A stretch of 62,908 nt of DNA, counting the filler, from Jimgerdemannia flammicorona (taxonomy: Eukaryota), in assembly GCA_003990765.1 (NCBI GenBank). It is 3 parts of 3 records of this genome, joined end to end, with 100 filler letters (N's around TTAATTAATTAA, not from the genome) between each part and the next. Parts side by side here need not be neighbours in the genome. Positions count along the whole stretch, not along the records: positions 21,020 to 41,928 come from RBNJ01001570.1; 2 more parts are not named here. One strand, 5' to 3'. Both the position numbers and the translations under genes were made by a program. The notes beneath the pieces are model-generated. The model was not told the origin of the DNA, did no database searches, and was given only the letters and a program-made list of their open reading frames with translations. This document shows, piece by piece, positions 24,793-38,761 of the stretch. Numbering within the stretch: position 1 is the first letter of the stretch; every line of letters begins with the position of its first letter.

Positions 24793-25995
24793 AGATATCA
24801 GAAGGTCTGAAGAGCAAGTAGATGTAGCCTAAGGATTTTTCAATATTAGATAAGGAACTATCTGAAGTAACTATGATAAGAAGAATGATAAGAAGGACAT
24901 CTTAGTTAAAGCCCTAAAAGAACTCCTCCAAGGATAGAGAAAGAAAGCCAGCCAAAAAATAGAAAAAGGAAAGAAATGAAATTCAAGACCTCAACTCTAA
25001 GCTAGACTGATTGGTTAGACAAATTGAAAAACTCACCATATATGAAAATTGAAGTTACCTACAAGACAACAGGGGATATATACTATAAAGAAATCAAGAT
25101 TATTCATCTAGAGACAATAGGAGCTATTAGTAAGAAGAAAGAAGATATTCTATTCAAGACAGAGCTCAAGTTCAATGTTTCTATTGTAGATAATTTGAAC
25201 ACTATGCCACTGAATGTAACAATAAAAGAAGTAACTAAAGGGACTTAAAACTATCAAATTAAAGGAATGAAACTCAGTATAAAAAGACTAAAGCTTACCT
25301 TGTTAAAGACTTTGAAAAAGAAAGTAATAGTAAAGACTATAGTAAACTAGGCTTATATCCAGCTAAAGTCATTGCTAGAAAGACAGTCTATCTAACAGAG
25401 AAAAGGAAGAGACCTGTAGAAAGGCCATCCAGAAATATCAGCAGAAGAATTATTTAAGAAGAAGATGAGAAATATGAAGAAGAACAAGTAGAAATACCTC
25501 CATAGTCTCTTTTACCTTTTATTCCTGAAACAAATGAACTATCTCCAGAGAATGAAAAAATGGTACAAGAAGAACAAAAGCCTACTATCTGAAGGTCTAA
25601 GAGGAAATACACTCTGAAGATTATGCTTAGAGATATCTATAATAAAGTCTGACAAATAATTCAAGAAGTCAAGATGAAAGTCTCTCTCCTCCAGTTTTTA
25701 CAACTAATACCTGCTGGAGTCTAAAATAAATTATTTAGAACTATCAGATCTAGTACTGACTGAGTTCCAATTCTACAACAAGAACCAGCTTCTATCTTTA
25801 TTCAAGCTATAAAGAGACATATCAGCACCTATCTACATTGAGATATTAGAGGACAAAAAGTAAAGATTCTTATTAACACAGGAGTAGCTGTCTGTATAAT
25901 TACTAAATATTTTTTTTTTTTTTTTTTTTTTTTATAGTCCCTTGGACTCCGTCTTTATTACCAGTCTATAAATAAGTATACAATATCACCATCCA

Positions 25996-28900
25996 CTATC
26001 CGATCCCCATCGGGTGGCCCCACCCCACCTTGTCACATATAAAGACCACCCTCTCACCAACAACTCCAACTCTCCCACCACTCTGCCCACAGATTTTCAC
26101 CACCAAGCAGCGCCTCCGACCCCCCTGCAGCCCCCAATCAAGCCACCAGCCTGTCAAGGTATCCTCCATAAGGAACTGCCACCTTGCTAACCAGCTCCCC
26201 AAGCTCGGTCGCTTCTCCTCCTCAAATACAAATAGCCAGTGGCTGGCCAGCCCAACCCAAATAGCCAACACCCAGCCTAGAGTAATCCACTCTTCCCCAA
26301 CCCCTCCTATCAATCAATCCCACAGGTCCTCCCACCTCCCCTGTACATCATCACCTGTATGCCTTACCCCCAAGCGGTCCCCAACGGCCTGCCAAAAGTC
26401 TCCCAGCACCTCACACTCCCCTAGCCAATGTTCCGGCGTCTGTACCAATCCCCCTTCCTGCCTGACATTATGGCACTCCTTGCAGTCAAAGCAGCCCCCT
26501 ACAACAAGGTGTCCTGAGTGGAAGTTAAGCATCACATTCCTCCTCAGTATACGCCACCAGACTACCCAGTACTTCAGCGGCATCCAACTCTTCACTGCGG
26601 CACTCCAGGTCCAAACCCCATGCCAGTCCCACTCCTCACCAATTCCAACTCCTTGCCAATCACTAGGCCACAGATCCTGGCCTGGACCCCTTTGGCATTC
26701 GATGCCATCACTAATGTTGAACTCCAGTAAAGGCATGCCACCCAGAAGAATGCTATCCCATCTCCACATTGCCAGGTCCCAAGCCCTCTCCCCCTCATCC
26801 CCTTACCAGTGAATACCAATGTGGTGTGCCCCCTTGGCTATCCCCCACCAGAAGCCTTTATATCTCAGTTGCGCAGTATTCGGAAGCCTAACCAATGAAA
26901 GAAGATCACCAGTCAAGCCTCTAGGCGACATCCACCTCTCCCATATCTTCTGCAGCAGGGGGACCCAGCCCCCTCCATGCAACTCCACTGCCCTCCTCAG
27001 CCACCAAGCCCTCAAGCAGTGTAGGCGTTTGGGGAAGTCCACCAGCCCAAGACCCCCTCTCACCACTGGTAGGGACAAAGTCTCCCAACCAATCTGACTC
27101 CATCTGCCAGCCCAAATCCATCCCTTGGCCACCTTCACCAATCTCTTCACTACCCAGGCTGGGAAGTCCAGATGATAGGCCAAATACCATAGCTTTGGTA
27201 GTCAGTATACATTCAAAATTGAGATCCTTCCTACCAGAGAGAAGTGTCGACCCCCCCAACCCCGCAGGTCCTCCTCCCAAATTCCAATCCTCTGCTCCCA
27301 CCACAGCCTGGGCAAAACAGACCCATAGACCGATAAATAGATGCCCAAGTACCGCACTGCCTCTCCAGTGGGGACAATTGTTCCAATAACTTCTCCTCCC
27401 ACCAAGCCATTGCCCAGCACCATTGTTTTGCACTTGTGCCAATTCAGCTTTGCCCCAGAGTTCTCCTCATACCACTCCACTGTCTTCTGGAGCTCCTCGA
27501 CATCTGCAGTCACTCTCAAACCAACCACCATATCATCCGCAAAGGCTCCAACCTTCCAGCCAATGCCATAGATAGAGAGCCCCATGATCTTCCACTGAAT
27601 CCTGTCCATCAGAGGTTCCAAGGAAAGAGCATACAAAATGGGGGACAGTGGGTCCCCCTGGGACACTCCCCTACCCAGAGGGAAAGCCACCCCTCTATGC
27701 CCATTACATATGAGCACAGCCCTACTCCTTTCCAGTAGGCTGACCATTGCCAACCGAAATGGGCCCGGAACTCCAATTCTATCTAATACTTTCGCCAGCC
27801 AGACTCGCCACACCCAGTCATAAGCCTTCTCCTGATCCAAGAAGACAAGATGCCCATCTAGTCCACAGGCTCAAGCACCTTCAATAACTCCATGTACCCA
27901 GGCCGTGCCATCTCTAATAAGCCGACCCCCTATGAAGTCTCTCTGCTCAACACCCACAATTTGCTGGGCTACCTTCTGTAGCCTTGCGACCACCACCTTA
28001 GTCACCAACTTCCTGTCCATATCTAGTAACATTATCGGCCACCAGTTCTTCCAATCCTCACACCTTCCCTTGTTCTTATAAAGCAGCATCACCAGCCCAA
28101 GGTCTTGCTCCCCCACCCATCTCCCTGATTGCAATATAGAGTCACACAGTGCTGTCAACTCCCACAATATGCCTGGGACTCCAACCATTCACTTCCAGAA
28201 GTCCCAAGGGAGGCCATCCTCCCCAGGCGCCATACCCGAGGCTGTCGCGGCAAGAACCTGGTGGATCTCATCCTCCTTTACAGACATCACCAGGTTACCT
28301 AGTCCCTCAGCTTGTGGTGGGTGCCAATCTTCTAATGTTTGGTCAATGGCTGTAGCATCCACCCCACCCTCCTCCTCACTCCACAATCCACTCTATCATG
28401 CCTTCAGCGTTCCAAGGATGTCCTGTACACCATGCACTAATACATCATCCGAGTCAAGTACCCCTTCCCACCACTGTTGTGCCCTTCTTGCTCAAAGTGT
28501 CCTTGTGAGAAACTTGGAAGGCCTCTCCCCTTCCTCCAGCCCCTGCCAATGAAGCCGTGCCACCAGGCCTTGCACCCTTGACTCTTTCTCTTCCTGCAGC
28601 ACCTGTTGCAGTTCCCCCACCTCCATCCTCACCCTCGTTATTCTCCAATCCTCTTCTCCCTCCACTGTCGCCAGTCTCGCCCACTCCTCCAGGAGCCTAG
28701 CCAATCTAGTAGAAGCCCAACACACTTTCTGCCTTTGCTGCTTCCCAGCCACTCTTCCAGCCTCGCTCCAATACATCCTGGCCATCTCTTTCATCCTCGT
28801 CCACCGAACCCCAATCGCGGCCCCTTCCTGCCACCAATTCACCACCTTCGGCTGAATGTCTTTCACCCACTCCACCCACCGGGCCTCATCATCCAACAAG

Positions 28901-29679
28901 GAGGAATTTAGGCACCAATGTCCAGACCTATCCCTACTTCCCCCAAAACACCCCTGTCCCAAGAGGCCCCAGTGATCTGACCATGGACACCATTCTACCT
29001 CTACCACCTTCCAAACATTGTGGCCCCAACAGTCAGCTGTCAGAATCCAGTCAATCCTTGTCCCCAGACCTCCAGCCCAATGTGTATATACCCTCCTGTC
29101 CCTCCAGTGCTCTCTACCAGCATCCACCAGTGCTCCTAGCCATTCAACCTCCTCCCACGTCGCTAACCCCCCACTCCTGCTCTCTGCACCCTGCCCTCCA
29201 TCAGTTCTATCCAGCCGTACATCCTGAACCATATTGAAATCTCCTCCAAGCATATCCAACCCAGCTTCAGTAAGGATCCCACTCTCCAGGAGCCCTTTCA
29301 CCCAATCCACACGCTCCCCCCGCACAGCAGGGCAGTAACAGGAGCCAACAGTGACTGGCTCCCAACCTGCACGAATCCACTCACCCCAGACCAGTCTCTC
29401 CCCCCAGCTCCTCACATCCTTTATCTCCCCTCTGCCTTTCCGAACCAGAATCCCGACCTTGCTGTTCCAAGTTGCCATACCACCCCATTCCTTAGTCCAT
29501 TCCATCCTATCAGCATCATCCTCGCACCTGACATCCTGCAAGAGAAAGAGATCGGTCTCCAATCCCTTCAACCAATTAAAAATGTTCCTGTGTCGAACCG
29601 CGCCCCTCAGCCCATTCACATTCAAAGAAAAAATGTTGGTTGTACTGTTCATAGTAAAATACGGTTTGTTCTCAATCAA
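25996..29679 (-). pseudogene. LINE ORF2 (APE endonuclease, RT, C-terminal Cys/His knuckle), several stops/frameshifts
   Basis: SLNVNGL, GGDFN, RIDWIL, SDH (APE); APGEDGLP, DQEKAYD, QGDPLSPILY, AFADD, YLG (RT); CKEC..HWLGEC. Confidence 0.93.
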
Positions 29680-29745
29680 TCCCTATTGCTCTATGCCCCT
29701 CTCCTCCTGTACCATGTCCAGATTATGTTCAGCCATCACCTCCTC

Positions 29746-31713
29746 CTATTCAGCCCTCTGAGCCTCCATTCCAGCCAACAGCTCATTCATCTCCTCATCA
29801 GCCTTCTCCTCAAAATCCTCTCGGTACTCAATGCAAGCCTCCTGCCAAAGCTGCAACCCATGGCACCTATTCCAACAGTACTCAGCCTTCTCCCCAGTGA
29901 CCACCACCAATTCCGCCTCTCTCTTCTTATCCACCTCATACCCTTCCTCCTCCAGATACACTGCAAGAATTTCTGCCTTCAGCGCCATTGCCACTCCTTC
30001 CTCCTGCAAAATTCTCGTCCAGTGCTCATCACCCATCCCATGCAAGTCCACCTCCCCCAGCTCTTCTGCCACCAGGTTATTCATCATCTGGCACATCCAA
30101 AGTAGGTTCCCCACCTCCTTTCCACCAGGGGTCGCTGGCCTCCTGCCATCCAGCATCATGGTGTCAGCTCCCGCACTTGTGTCCTCATCCCATACCTCTG
30201 GGACATCCACCAGTTCCTCCTCCCCTGCCGCCACTACTTGGTCCCCATCCAATACCTCCAGAATGCTGAATTTCACCTGCTGGATCCCCAGCATCATCAC
30301 GTCTACCCCAGACTTGTTCCTGGAAGCCGGGCCATGCCTGATAAGAGGGGAAGGGGTGGGAGAATTCTCCCAGACTTCATCCCAAACCTCCAAGGTGCCG
30401 TCAGTATATAGGTCACTAATCTTCACCTCCTTAGCCTTCTCTGACTTTGCCCCATCATTCCCACTCCTCTCACCAGCCCAGACACTCGCTCCGGCCCCTT
30501 CTGCACCTGTCTTCATGCTCGCATCCTTCTGTGGTCCACCCCCCAGCTTAGCCAGCAGATCCTTCTGCCTCTTCCGCCCCTGAGCCCTTTCCCACTGCAC
30601 CTTATCTACTCGAATCCTCTTTCCATCCACCACCTCCAGGCATGTCGACTCCTCGAAAATCTTCCAGGCCTTAGCTCGCTGTTCCACAGCCACATCCAGC
30701 TCCTCCAGCACTTCCAATAAATCTTCCTCCTCTTCTTCACTTCCTTTCACCTGTATCACCTTGAACAGGAAAGCTCCCCAGACCAACACCGAAGGCCAGT
30801 CCCTCATCTTCCCAGTAGCCTCTTTCCCAGCCAGCCGGATCCTCACATCCACATCCCCAGTCCTGAGCATGGTCCCTTCCCAGACCCTGAACCTGATATC
30901 CACCACCTCTCCATACTCTGCCATGACATCCTCCACTCTCTTCCTCGTCTCCATCGCTGTCACCATGGGCACTCCCTTCACCAGCAGTTGGACCACCCTC
31001 GGATCCCATTTCTGACACCTCACCATCAGAACACACACCTCCCCAACCACCAATCCAACCTTCAGTGTCTCCTCCAGCGGTTCAACCTCCTCAAATCCCA
31101 CCTCCACCCCCTCCAGTCCCTTCAGAAACTTCACCGAAGCCGCTCCTGCCACCTGTTTAGCGATAAGCCCCAACACCATTTTTGCCATCACTGCTAAGCC
31201 CCGGAAGTACAGCGTGACTGCGAATACCGAGATCAACTTCTTGAGTAACGGAGCCACCACCAGTCCTGTTACACCATCCGCCAGGTCCCTGGGCCTCATG
31301 CCCTTCCCACTGCTCGGCTCACCATCAGCAGTCCCATCTAGATTTTTTTCCAGATCACCCATCACACCCCCATCAGCAGTCCCCGCTCCAGCCGCTACCC
31401 CCCCAGCCCCACTCCTATGGCCCGCTAGAGAGGTACCCCCAAGAGGTTGCTGCCTGGAAGCCACCACTAGTACCTTTCCCCCTCTCAGCCAGCTCTCCAG
31501 TCCAGCTCCCTGCCGACCCCCCTTCACCTTCTCTGCAAAGCTCACCCTGTCAGACCCTTGACCTCCAGCTCCACCCCCTCTTCCACTGTGGCCCCCTGCC
31601 AGCAGGCCCCTCATACTTCCCCCCAAGCTGGGGCCTCTCCCCACTTGCTGCCATTCAAATGCTCCAGGGCCACCCTGCCTAGTACACACCTTTGGATGCT
31701 CATTGGTTGCCAT
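29746..31713 (-). CDS. LINE ORF1, RRM-like central domain, open for 655 codons
   Basis: Located upstream of ORF2; VQLLVKGVP..EYGEVVDI..RTG..VRI RRM-like pattern. Confidence 0.8.
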   Translation of the reverse strand: MATNEHPKVCTRQGGPGAFEWQQVGRGPSLGGSMRGLLAGGHSGRGGGAGGQGSDRVSFAEKVKGGRQGAGLESWLRGGKVLVVASRQQPLGGTSLAGHRSGAGGVAAGAGTADGGVMGDLEKNLDGTADGEPSSGKGMRPRDLADGVTGLVVAPLLKKLISVFAVTLYFRGLAVMAKMVLGLIAKQVAGAASVKFLKGLEGVEVGFEEVEPLEETLKVGLVVGEVCVLMVRCQKWDPRVVQLLVKGVPMVTAMETRKRVEDVMAEYGEVVDIRFRVWEGTMLRTGDVDVRIRLAGKEATGKMRDWPSVLVWGAFLFKVIQVKGSEEEEEDLLEVLEELDVAVEQRAKAWKIFEESTCLEVVDGKRIRVDKVQWERAQGRKRQKDLLAKLGGGPQKDASMKTGAEGAGASVWAGERSGNDGAKSEKAKEVKISDLYTDGTLEVWDEVWENSPTPSPLIRHGPASRNKSGVDVMMLGIQQVKFSILEVLDGDQVVAAGEEELVDVPEVWDEDTSAGADTMMLDGRRPATPGGKEVGNLLWMCQMMNNLVAEELGEVDLHGMGDEHWTRILQEEGVAMALKAEILAVYLEEEGYEVDKKREAELVVVTGEKAEYCWNRCHGLQLWQEACIEYREDFEEKADEEMNELLAGMEAQRAE

Positions 31714-32699
31714 GATACTAGTAGCTTTTCTCCAGAAACTGTGTTGAAAGTGTTGCCAAAGGGTTGTGTAACCTGAATGTTACCGGAGAAAGATGGAGGA
31801 TATCGGGATTGGTGGTTCTTATTGGTTGCTGTTATTGCAGTTCCTTGATCCTTCTTTTATATTCTTCAGGATGCTTGTGCTGTGGTCACAATGACTCACA
31901 GTTGGTCATCATTACTCATCTTGTATGCTGTATGATCTTCTTGTGCTCCGATCTGGTGGCTTGTAAGGAAAGGCTGTCTCTAGTGCTGATGTCATCATTC
32001 TGGGGTTACCATTACAATAAATACTCTCTATATAGAGTATATTGTAATCTTAGCTTTACTTTTCTCAAATATAAGAATAAAGTAATATTTTTATTACAAA
32101 ACTCTCAGATCTAACTTATTAATAATTCTAAGTCTGATCAACTTGAAATATAAGTATAGTATTTTTATTAGCATAAGAACCCAAAAGTGATATTTAGACT
32201 ACACTACTACAATAGATAATTGAAACTTAGTACTTCCTCATAAGAACTCAGAACTTAGGACCAATAGTTATCTTAATTATTTACAATATATTAATTCTAT
32301 CAGTATATAGTTTTATTACAATTTAATAGTAGCAGAAGTTATTCTCACCTATAAGTAAGCTTCTCTTAAGAAACTTACTATAAATATAGACAACTTAGTC
32401 AATATTATCAATATTATTAGTAATAATTAAGATTAAATTTATTCAGATGAGATTTGAATCAGATTTATTATATGTATAATAGATTTGAATCAACTCAGAT
32501 TTACATATCTCATAATCTAATCTAAATCATCTGGATTAATTTAAATCTTTGAATTTAAATTTTTAATAATATTATCTCTTTTTTATATATATTTGAATAT
32601 ATTTGAATATATTTGACATACTACCTTTATATCTACTACCTTTATATTTACTATCTTTATTATAATACCACATCTCCTTCTCTTCTCAGAAAGACTGTT

Positions 32700-33850
32700 A
32701 CTTGATATACCACTCATTTTAGCACTTTCTACTACTTACTATAGTTATTTAATATTGTTTTAACTTATCACTCATTCTAATATATCTCAACTTATCACTC
32801 AATTCAATATACCTTGACTCATCACTCATTCTAATATATCTTGACTTATTACTTATTTCAATATACCTTAACTTATCACTTATTGCAACATGTCTCAACT
32901 TGTTACTCATTCAACTTATTACTCATTTTAATCAGTAGAGAAGAAAAAAAAAAAAAAAAACAGAAGGTTCAGAGCTTTTAGAATTCTTCTTATTATATAG
33001 TCCAAAACCTTGTTCTGCCTTTCTACATATCTTCTGAAGCTCTTTTTTTTTTTTAGAGGGGTCCAATACTTAATATACTCTCTACTACTTATTTTAGTAT
33101 CTTCTACCACTTATTCTGATATCTTTTACCACTTATTCTAGCATCTTCTACCACCTATTCTAGTATCTTTCACTACTCATTTCAGCTATTCAACATTATC
33201 TTTACTTATTACTTACTCCTCTATATCTTAATTCATCACTTATTCCAATATATCTTGACTCATCACTCATTCTAACATATCTCAACTTATCACTTATTCT
33301 AATATATCTCACTGTCTATTCTAATTAGTAAAGAAGAAGAAAAAAAAAAAAATAGAAGATTTGGAGCTTTTAGAATTCTTCTCATTATATAGCCTGAAAC
33401 CTCACCCTATCTTCTTATCTTCTAAAACTCCTTTTTGAGAAAGAAGATCTAATATTCAAAACACCCTCTACTACTTATTATAGTACCTTCTACAACTCAT
33501 TCTAGTACTTTCCACTACTCATTCTAGTATCTTCTATTACTCATTTCAGCTGTCTGATATTGCCTCAATTTGTTACTTATTCTAATATATCTTAACTTAT
33601 TACTCATCTCATCACTCATCTCACTGCTTATTTCAGTCAGTAGAGAAAAAAAGAATCAGAAGATTTAGAGCTTTTAGAATTCTTCTCATTATATAGCCCA
33701 AAATCTTGCTCTACTTTTCTGTCTTTCTGATGCTTATTTTTTTTAAAAAAGAAGGAAGAGGAATTACTACTCATTCCAGTACTCTCTACCACTCATTTCA
33801 GTACTCTCTACTACTTATTCTAGTACTCTCTACCACTCAATCCAATATCT
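32700..33850. repeat. Compound tandem repeat: three ~310-390-bp units with an A-run and AGAGCTTTTAGAATTCTTCT, each with ~21-bp CACTCATTC.. subrepeats, in AT-rich decayed DNA
   Basis: The anchor motif recurs at ~32970, ~33364 and ~33668. Confidence 0.7.
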
Positions 33851-36800
33851 TCTACTATATCTTCTTTTTTACTTCTTTTAATTTGATATAGTCTCACCTT
33901 ATCTTGTCTCATTATATCACTTATTTAATACCATATTGCTTATTTTATCTATCTAATTAATTAGTAGAGTAATTAATTCAGATTAAATAAATAAATTAAT
34001 TAATTTACTTATATTAATTATTTTATCTTATATATTTTATCTTATCTGCTGATAGGTCTATAAATAAATAAATAGTGATACTTAATTCTTCTATATATTA
34101 TATTCTATCCTATTCTATCTTACTTAATAATTATCAAAAGAGAGAATATTTGAGATAGAAAAGTACTTTCAGCTAATAATGTTAAATTCTTTCTCATATA
34201 AATAGTATATAAGCAGTTTATCAAAAGTAGTAATAATGGTAATAATGGTGATAATAGTAACAATAGTGATAATAGTGATGATAGTGATAATGGTGATGAG
34301 AGAGAGTTCTGATAAAAAATTATACAGATTCTATAGATTTCAGAATTCATCAACCTCACAGCTATATATATAGCAGCCTAGTCTATAGTAGATATAAGTT
34401 ATAATTATACAATACATTTTTATCACAGAACAACTAATTTCACTTTAAGCTAAATTTTTTTTTTTTTTTTTTTCTTCTATCCTTAAGGTTCACAACTCTA
34501 TAGTGAGATCTGCTAACTTTATTTATAATATCTGATTAAGATAAAGAAAGACTGAAGAAAAATTCAAGATATACTTTTGGTAATTGAGCTTTTGAGTTAG
34601 TGTATTATATAGTAGAGGTCTCAAAAGAAACAGAAGTATAAGTATTCTTATATAACTCAACTATACTCAATTCTCATACTTATACTAAATACTCACTCTT
34701 TTTTTAAAACTTTTTATCCAAAATTGCATATAACTTATAACTTAAACCATAATCTATTCTCAGATCAAGGCTCAGTTCTACTATAGGAAGGAATTAAAAA
34801 TAATCTAAGTTTAACTATATTTAGCTTCTAATAAATTAAAGAAGTTTAAGAGTAAGTTATTTAGTATAAGTAATACTAGCTTGACTATTAAGGCTTGAGA
34901 TTCAATATTTAAATCAAAATCAATCATTCTCAACTATGAAATCTACTGGCTAGCAGAAGTTTTCAATAATGAAGAGAACTATATTATTATTAATTAATGT
35001 AGAGAGGTAGTTATGATAGTAGTAAGAAGTCTCTATAGTGAAAAACCTTACTACTATATTAATGAAATTTGTGAGGATTGTATCAAATATCAGATAATAG
35101 AGAAAAGAGGATATAATAAGTAAGAAGGGGGAGTTGGAATAGAAATTAGGTATATAGTAATATTAGTAAAGAGTGGATTTCTCAATTTTTTCTAAATTCC
35201 TCACACTTGATGATATTTTGGAGAATTTAATCAATCTTATTAAAAATATCCAGAGATATATAGAATACTATATCTCTACTGAAATTTCAGAAGTAAAGTC
35301 AAAGAGTAAGTTGTATGTAAGCATAATATGGCCTATATAATAATAATGACTATGATCTGGAGATCTTTGAGCAGATTGCTAGAGTGAATAGCAGACTAGT
35401 ATAGTAGTGCTCTTGATATAGCCATATGTATATTTTTGGTACAATTCAGTATATTATATAATATAAGTATTTAATTATTTATGTGACTAAAAGAGGGTTA
35501 CTTATGGAGCAGAAGAATTGACCAGATACTGATTTATTTTGGTAGATATTTAAGCCAGGGCTCCTAGGACTTGATGAAAAGTAAGTCTCCTCCAGTACTA
35601 TCTGGCAGTCCAAGGTTCTAGTCTAAGAGTTCATACAACTATATACTAATATTATATTGAGGTATATTGGATATAATATTTCTCTACTCATATATATAGA
35701 CAACGATATCACTCTGGTAATATTCCATATATATTTCAGAAAGAAAGTACCCCACTTGAGAGAACAGTAGAGATATCTGATATAATCTTACTTATAGCTT
35801 TGGGGTTCTATTTACAGCTAATATAGTAGTCTTATTTCAGCTACATAATCTCTATAGTACTATTGTCCTTAAAGAGAGCTCAGATATAACTATTATTATA
35901 TTTATAATATATAAATAATAGACTTATTATGGTCTGGAACTAGTAAGTATAGTAGTTTTGTAGATATTGAGGATTCTAGTACTAAAAACATAATCTCTCA
36001 TAATTGTGAGATAGAAATAACTATTGTTATATAGACTGGGCAGTTCAATATTATATCTATAGATATAATTATTATATAGTATATATGTAATCCTTGTTTA
36101 AGGAATATAATTCAGTAAGAAAGAACTTAGTAGATGGATTGAATGTATATTCTTTTTATTTACATTTAGTAAATAAGTATATAGATTATATATTATAAGA
36201 GAAACTTTTTTAAATATATATTTTATTATAAACACATAGTTGAACTAAATAGCCAAGTATATAGACTGAAAATACAATTATATAAACTTAATATTACTTA
36301 CAATTATGATCAGTTTTCATTTAAGGAGTGTGTAGTAGTATTAGAAGTATATATATATTCAATAGTGAATTATATATAATATAAGAGTCTATAGATTATT
36401 ATTGAAATTAAATCTTTATTGATATAAGTTGAGATTTATATAGTTTTGTATATAGTATTTGTAGTATTCATTGTTTATAGTATTCATAGTATAGTTCATA
36501 GATTCATTACAGATATATTTTATATAGTAAATATATCTGATCTTTTCATATTCAAGTTAAATTTCATTTACTTACTCCTTATAGATAACAGATCTGGTTT
36601 AGTATTAAATGAGAAGTTTGGTCATAAATCTGACATGTTTCTTTAACTGTGTTGTTTCACTTTTGGTCTTCTTCTCTTTCAGTAAGATAAGGTAGTACTT
36701 TTTTGACCAGATGGATTATTACTATTTCTTATCCTTTCTTGGTCTTATTATACTGAATTTGTTTATTATGTTATAATTTTTTACTGAATAGATGTTTTCC

Positions 36801-38390
36801 ACAATATTATCCTTAGAGGTAGTATTGATATCACATTTATATAATTTAGAGTATATTTTGATTGAGTTCATTAACTCTGAGTTTTGTCCAGGAACTATAT
36901 CTTGAGCTTATCTAAGGATAGCATCAATTTATTGAAATGTTTTATTGACTTTATTAGTCTGTTTGGCTTTCTTTATAAGTCACTATCACTTTTGGTACTC
37001 AGCATTTTATTTGGCACTAATAGTGGTTTTTTATTTTATTAAGATTTATTCTCTATTATCAGAGGACTCTTCATTACTGGCTAGAGATAGTAATGACATT
37101 ATTCACATTTTGCTTATACAAAACAATCCTTCATTGGCTGTAATTTGTATTTCTTTCTATCTTATCTATATAGTAATAAATATCTGAATTTTATCAATAG
37201 TATTAAGAATATTATTTAAAAAATCAGAATGGTTGAGTTATAGATATATCTTGATAATAAATACTATTTGTTTATTATTTTTCTTATTCAGGTAGCCATG
37301 CTTGCTAGTCCTGAACTAAGTCTCAAATTTTTATATATTTTATAAACTAAATTGCTAAGAATATAGATAGAAAAGTATAATATATAAACTATAATTTTAT
37401 AATGTAAATTTGAATAACTGCAGATATATATAAACTAGTAGATGTTAACAGATTTGATTTTTTGAAAATACAGCTATATAAACTATTGTGATGTTCGGTT
37501 TGTATCCCTAGTTGCTTCTGGCATAGCTCAATGTGTCACTTGGTGAAGTATGCGATGGATATGAGTGTGTTTGCGACAGTTGCGGGTCATTGGTCACATG
37601 ATTGGGTCATTCGATTTGTGCAGTAATTGATAGAGTTCGATTGTTTGTTGGCTCAGAACATCGATGATGAGGTCGTTTGATTGTTCAACAATGGTGGCTC
37701 AATTGTTTAGTAGATAAGGGTGGCAATTATGCTGGCTAAGTTTCCTGGCAGTGATTAACTTGGCAGCAAACTCAAATTTATGCAGCAACGACAGGCTTGC
37801 TCTTTATGCGATCAATTAAAGTGGTCCGTAGTGCAGTAGGTCGGGAAAACGGAGGTTGATGGCTCACTCGTCCATCTTGACTTATTAACTTGAAAGGTTC
37901 CTGGCAGTCGTTCAGATCTTTGGCAGCGGGTCAGTCTTTTGGCGGTCTAGTATCCTTTGGCTGGGTATCCTTGGGTTTCTGGGTCTTGAATCTCGAATGG
38001 CAGTCTGAAATGCGCAGCGGTCATAGTCTTGAATCCTTGGCTGGGTCTCGAATGGTGGTGGTCAGGTAACGTTTTCTTTCCATGGCAAGAAAAAATTCTT
38101 TAACTCAAACTTCTGAGCGATCTGTTGCTCTAGGTTGTTATCTTGTTCTCAGAATTTATCCAGTCTCTTGGAGGCAGTGGTTTCTTTGTAATCCTTTTTA
38201 CTTTTAAACACAAGCTGACTGAGGCTTTATTCACTCTAAGAATATGGGTTATTTATACAAGTTTGCTAGCTATGGGGGAGGGGGAGCATGACTAAGGCTA
38301 AGGTATACTACGTTGTGGTGAACTTATACTATTGGTTTGTATGATGCAAGGTGCAGGCTATTGTTTACTACGGATTGGGTTGTAGGGGAT

Positions 38391-38612
38391 AGCAATGCTG
38401 GATTCGGATGAGCTGACATGATACGATGATTGTTGCCAGAAGTGGTTGTGGAGGGTGGCAACACTGAATTCGGACCTGCTGACAAAATGCTGAAAATGGT
38501 GGTACTGGGTAGCAATACTGGATTCGGATGAGCTGACATGATATGATGATTGTTGCCAGAAATGGTTGTGGAGGGTGGCAATGCTGAATTTGGACCTGCT
38601 GACAAAATGCTG
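38391..38612. repeat. Tandem duplication with ~120-bp period inside the LTR
   Basis: AGCAATGCTGGATTCGGATGAGCTGAC..GACAAAATGCTGA occurs twice. Confidence 0.9.
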
Positions 38613-38761
38613 AGTTCTCACAGCTGATGAGCGGTACTCTAGAGGGAATAGTACCCTTTGTCTGTGGCAGACAAATCTTGCTGGGTTGTGATTTCTTCTT
38701 CATCATATCTCTCCTCAAAAGGGGGAAGCGCTGGCCAAGAGGTGAGGGGGTAGAAAAGTGG

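Larger units (their letters stand above)
21440..25909 (+). mobile_element. Heavily C-to-T/G-to-A mutated copy of the 9077-17224 family (5' LTR to ~22588, PBS, gag, start of protease)
   Basis: Colinear similarity to ~9170-12720 (e.g. FAGYLEEDTRKFLNEI); PBS remnant TGGAGGCTCAACTGAGAA at ~22591. Left boundary is approximate. Confidence 0.85.
25910..31790 (-). mobile_element. Near full-length L1/Tx1-clade LINE
   Basis: ORF1 plus APE-RT ORF2; AATAAA at 25954-25959 and poly(A) at 25910-25933. The 5' end is approximate and no TSD was found. Confidence 0.92.

Noticed and set aside
26030..31561. Plus-strand Ser/Pro-rich ORFs
   Set aside because: Antisense shadows of the LINE ORFs.
33900..37486. Classifiable DNA transposon in the AT-rich tract
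   Set aside because: Probably decayed transposon DNA, but no diagnostic motif or termini could be recovered.
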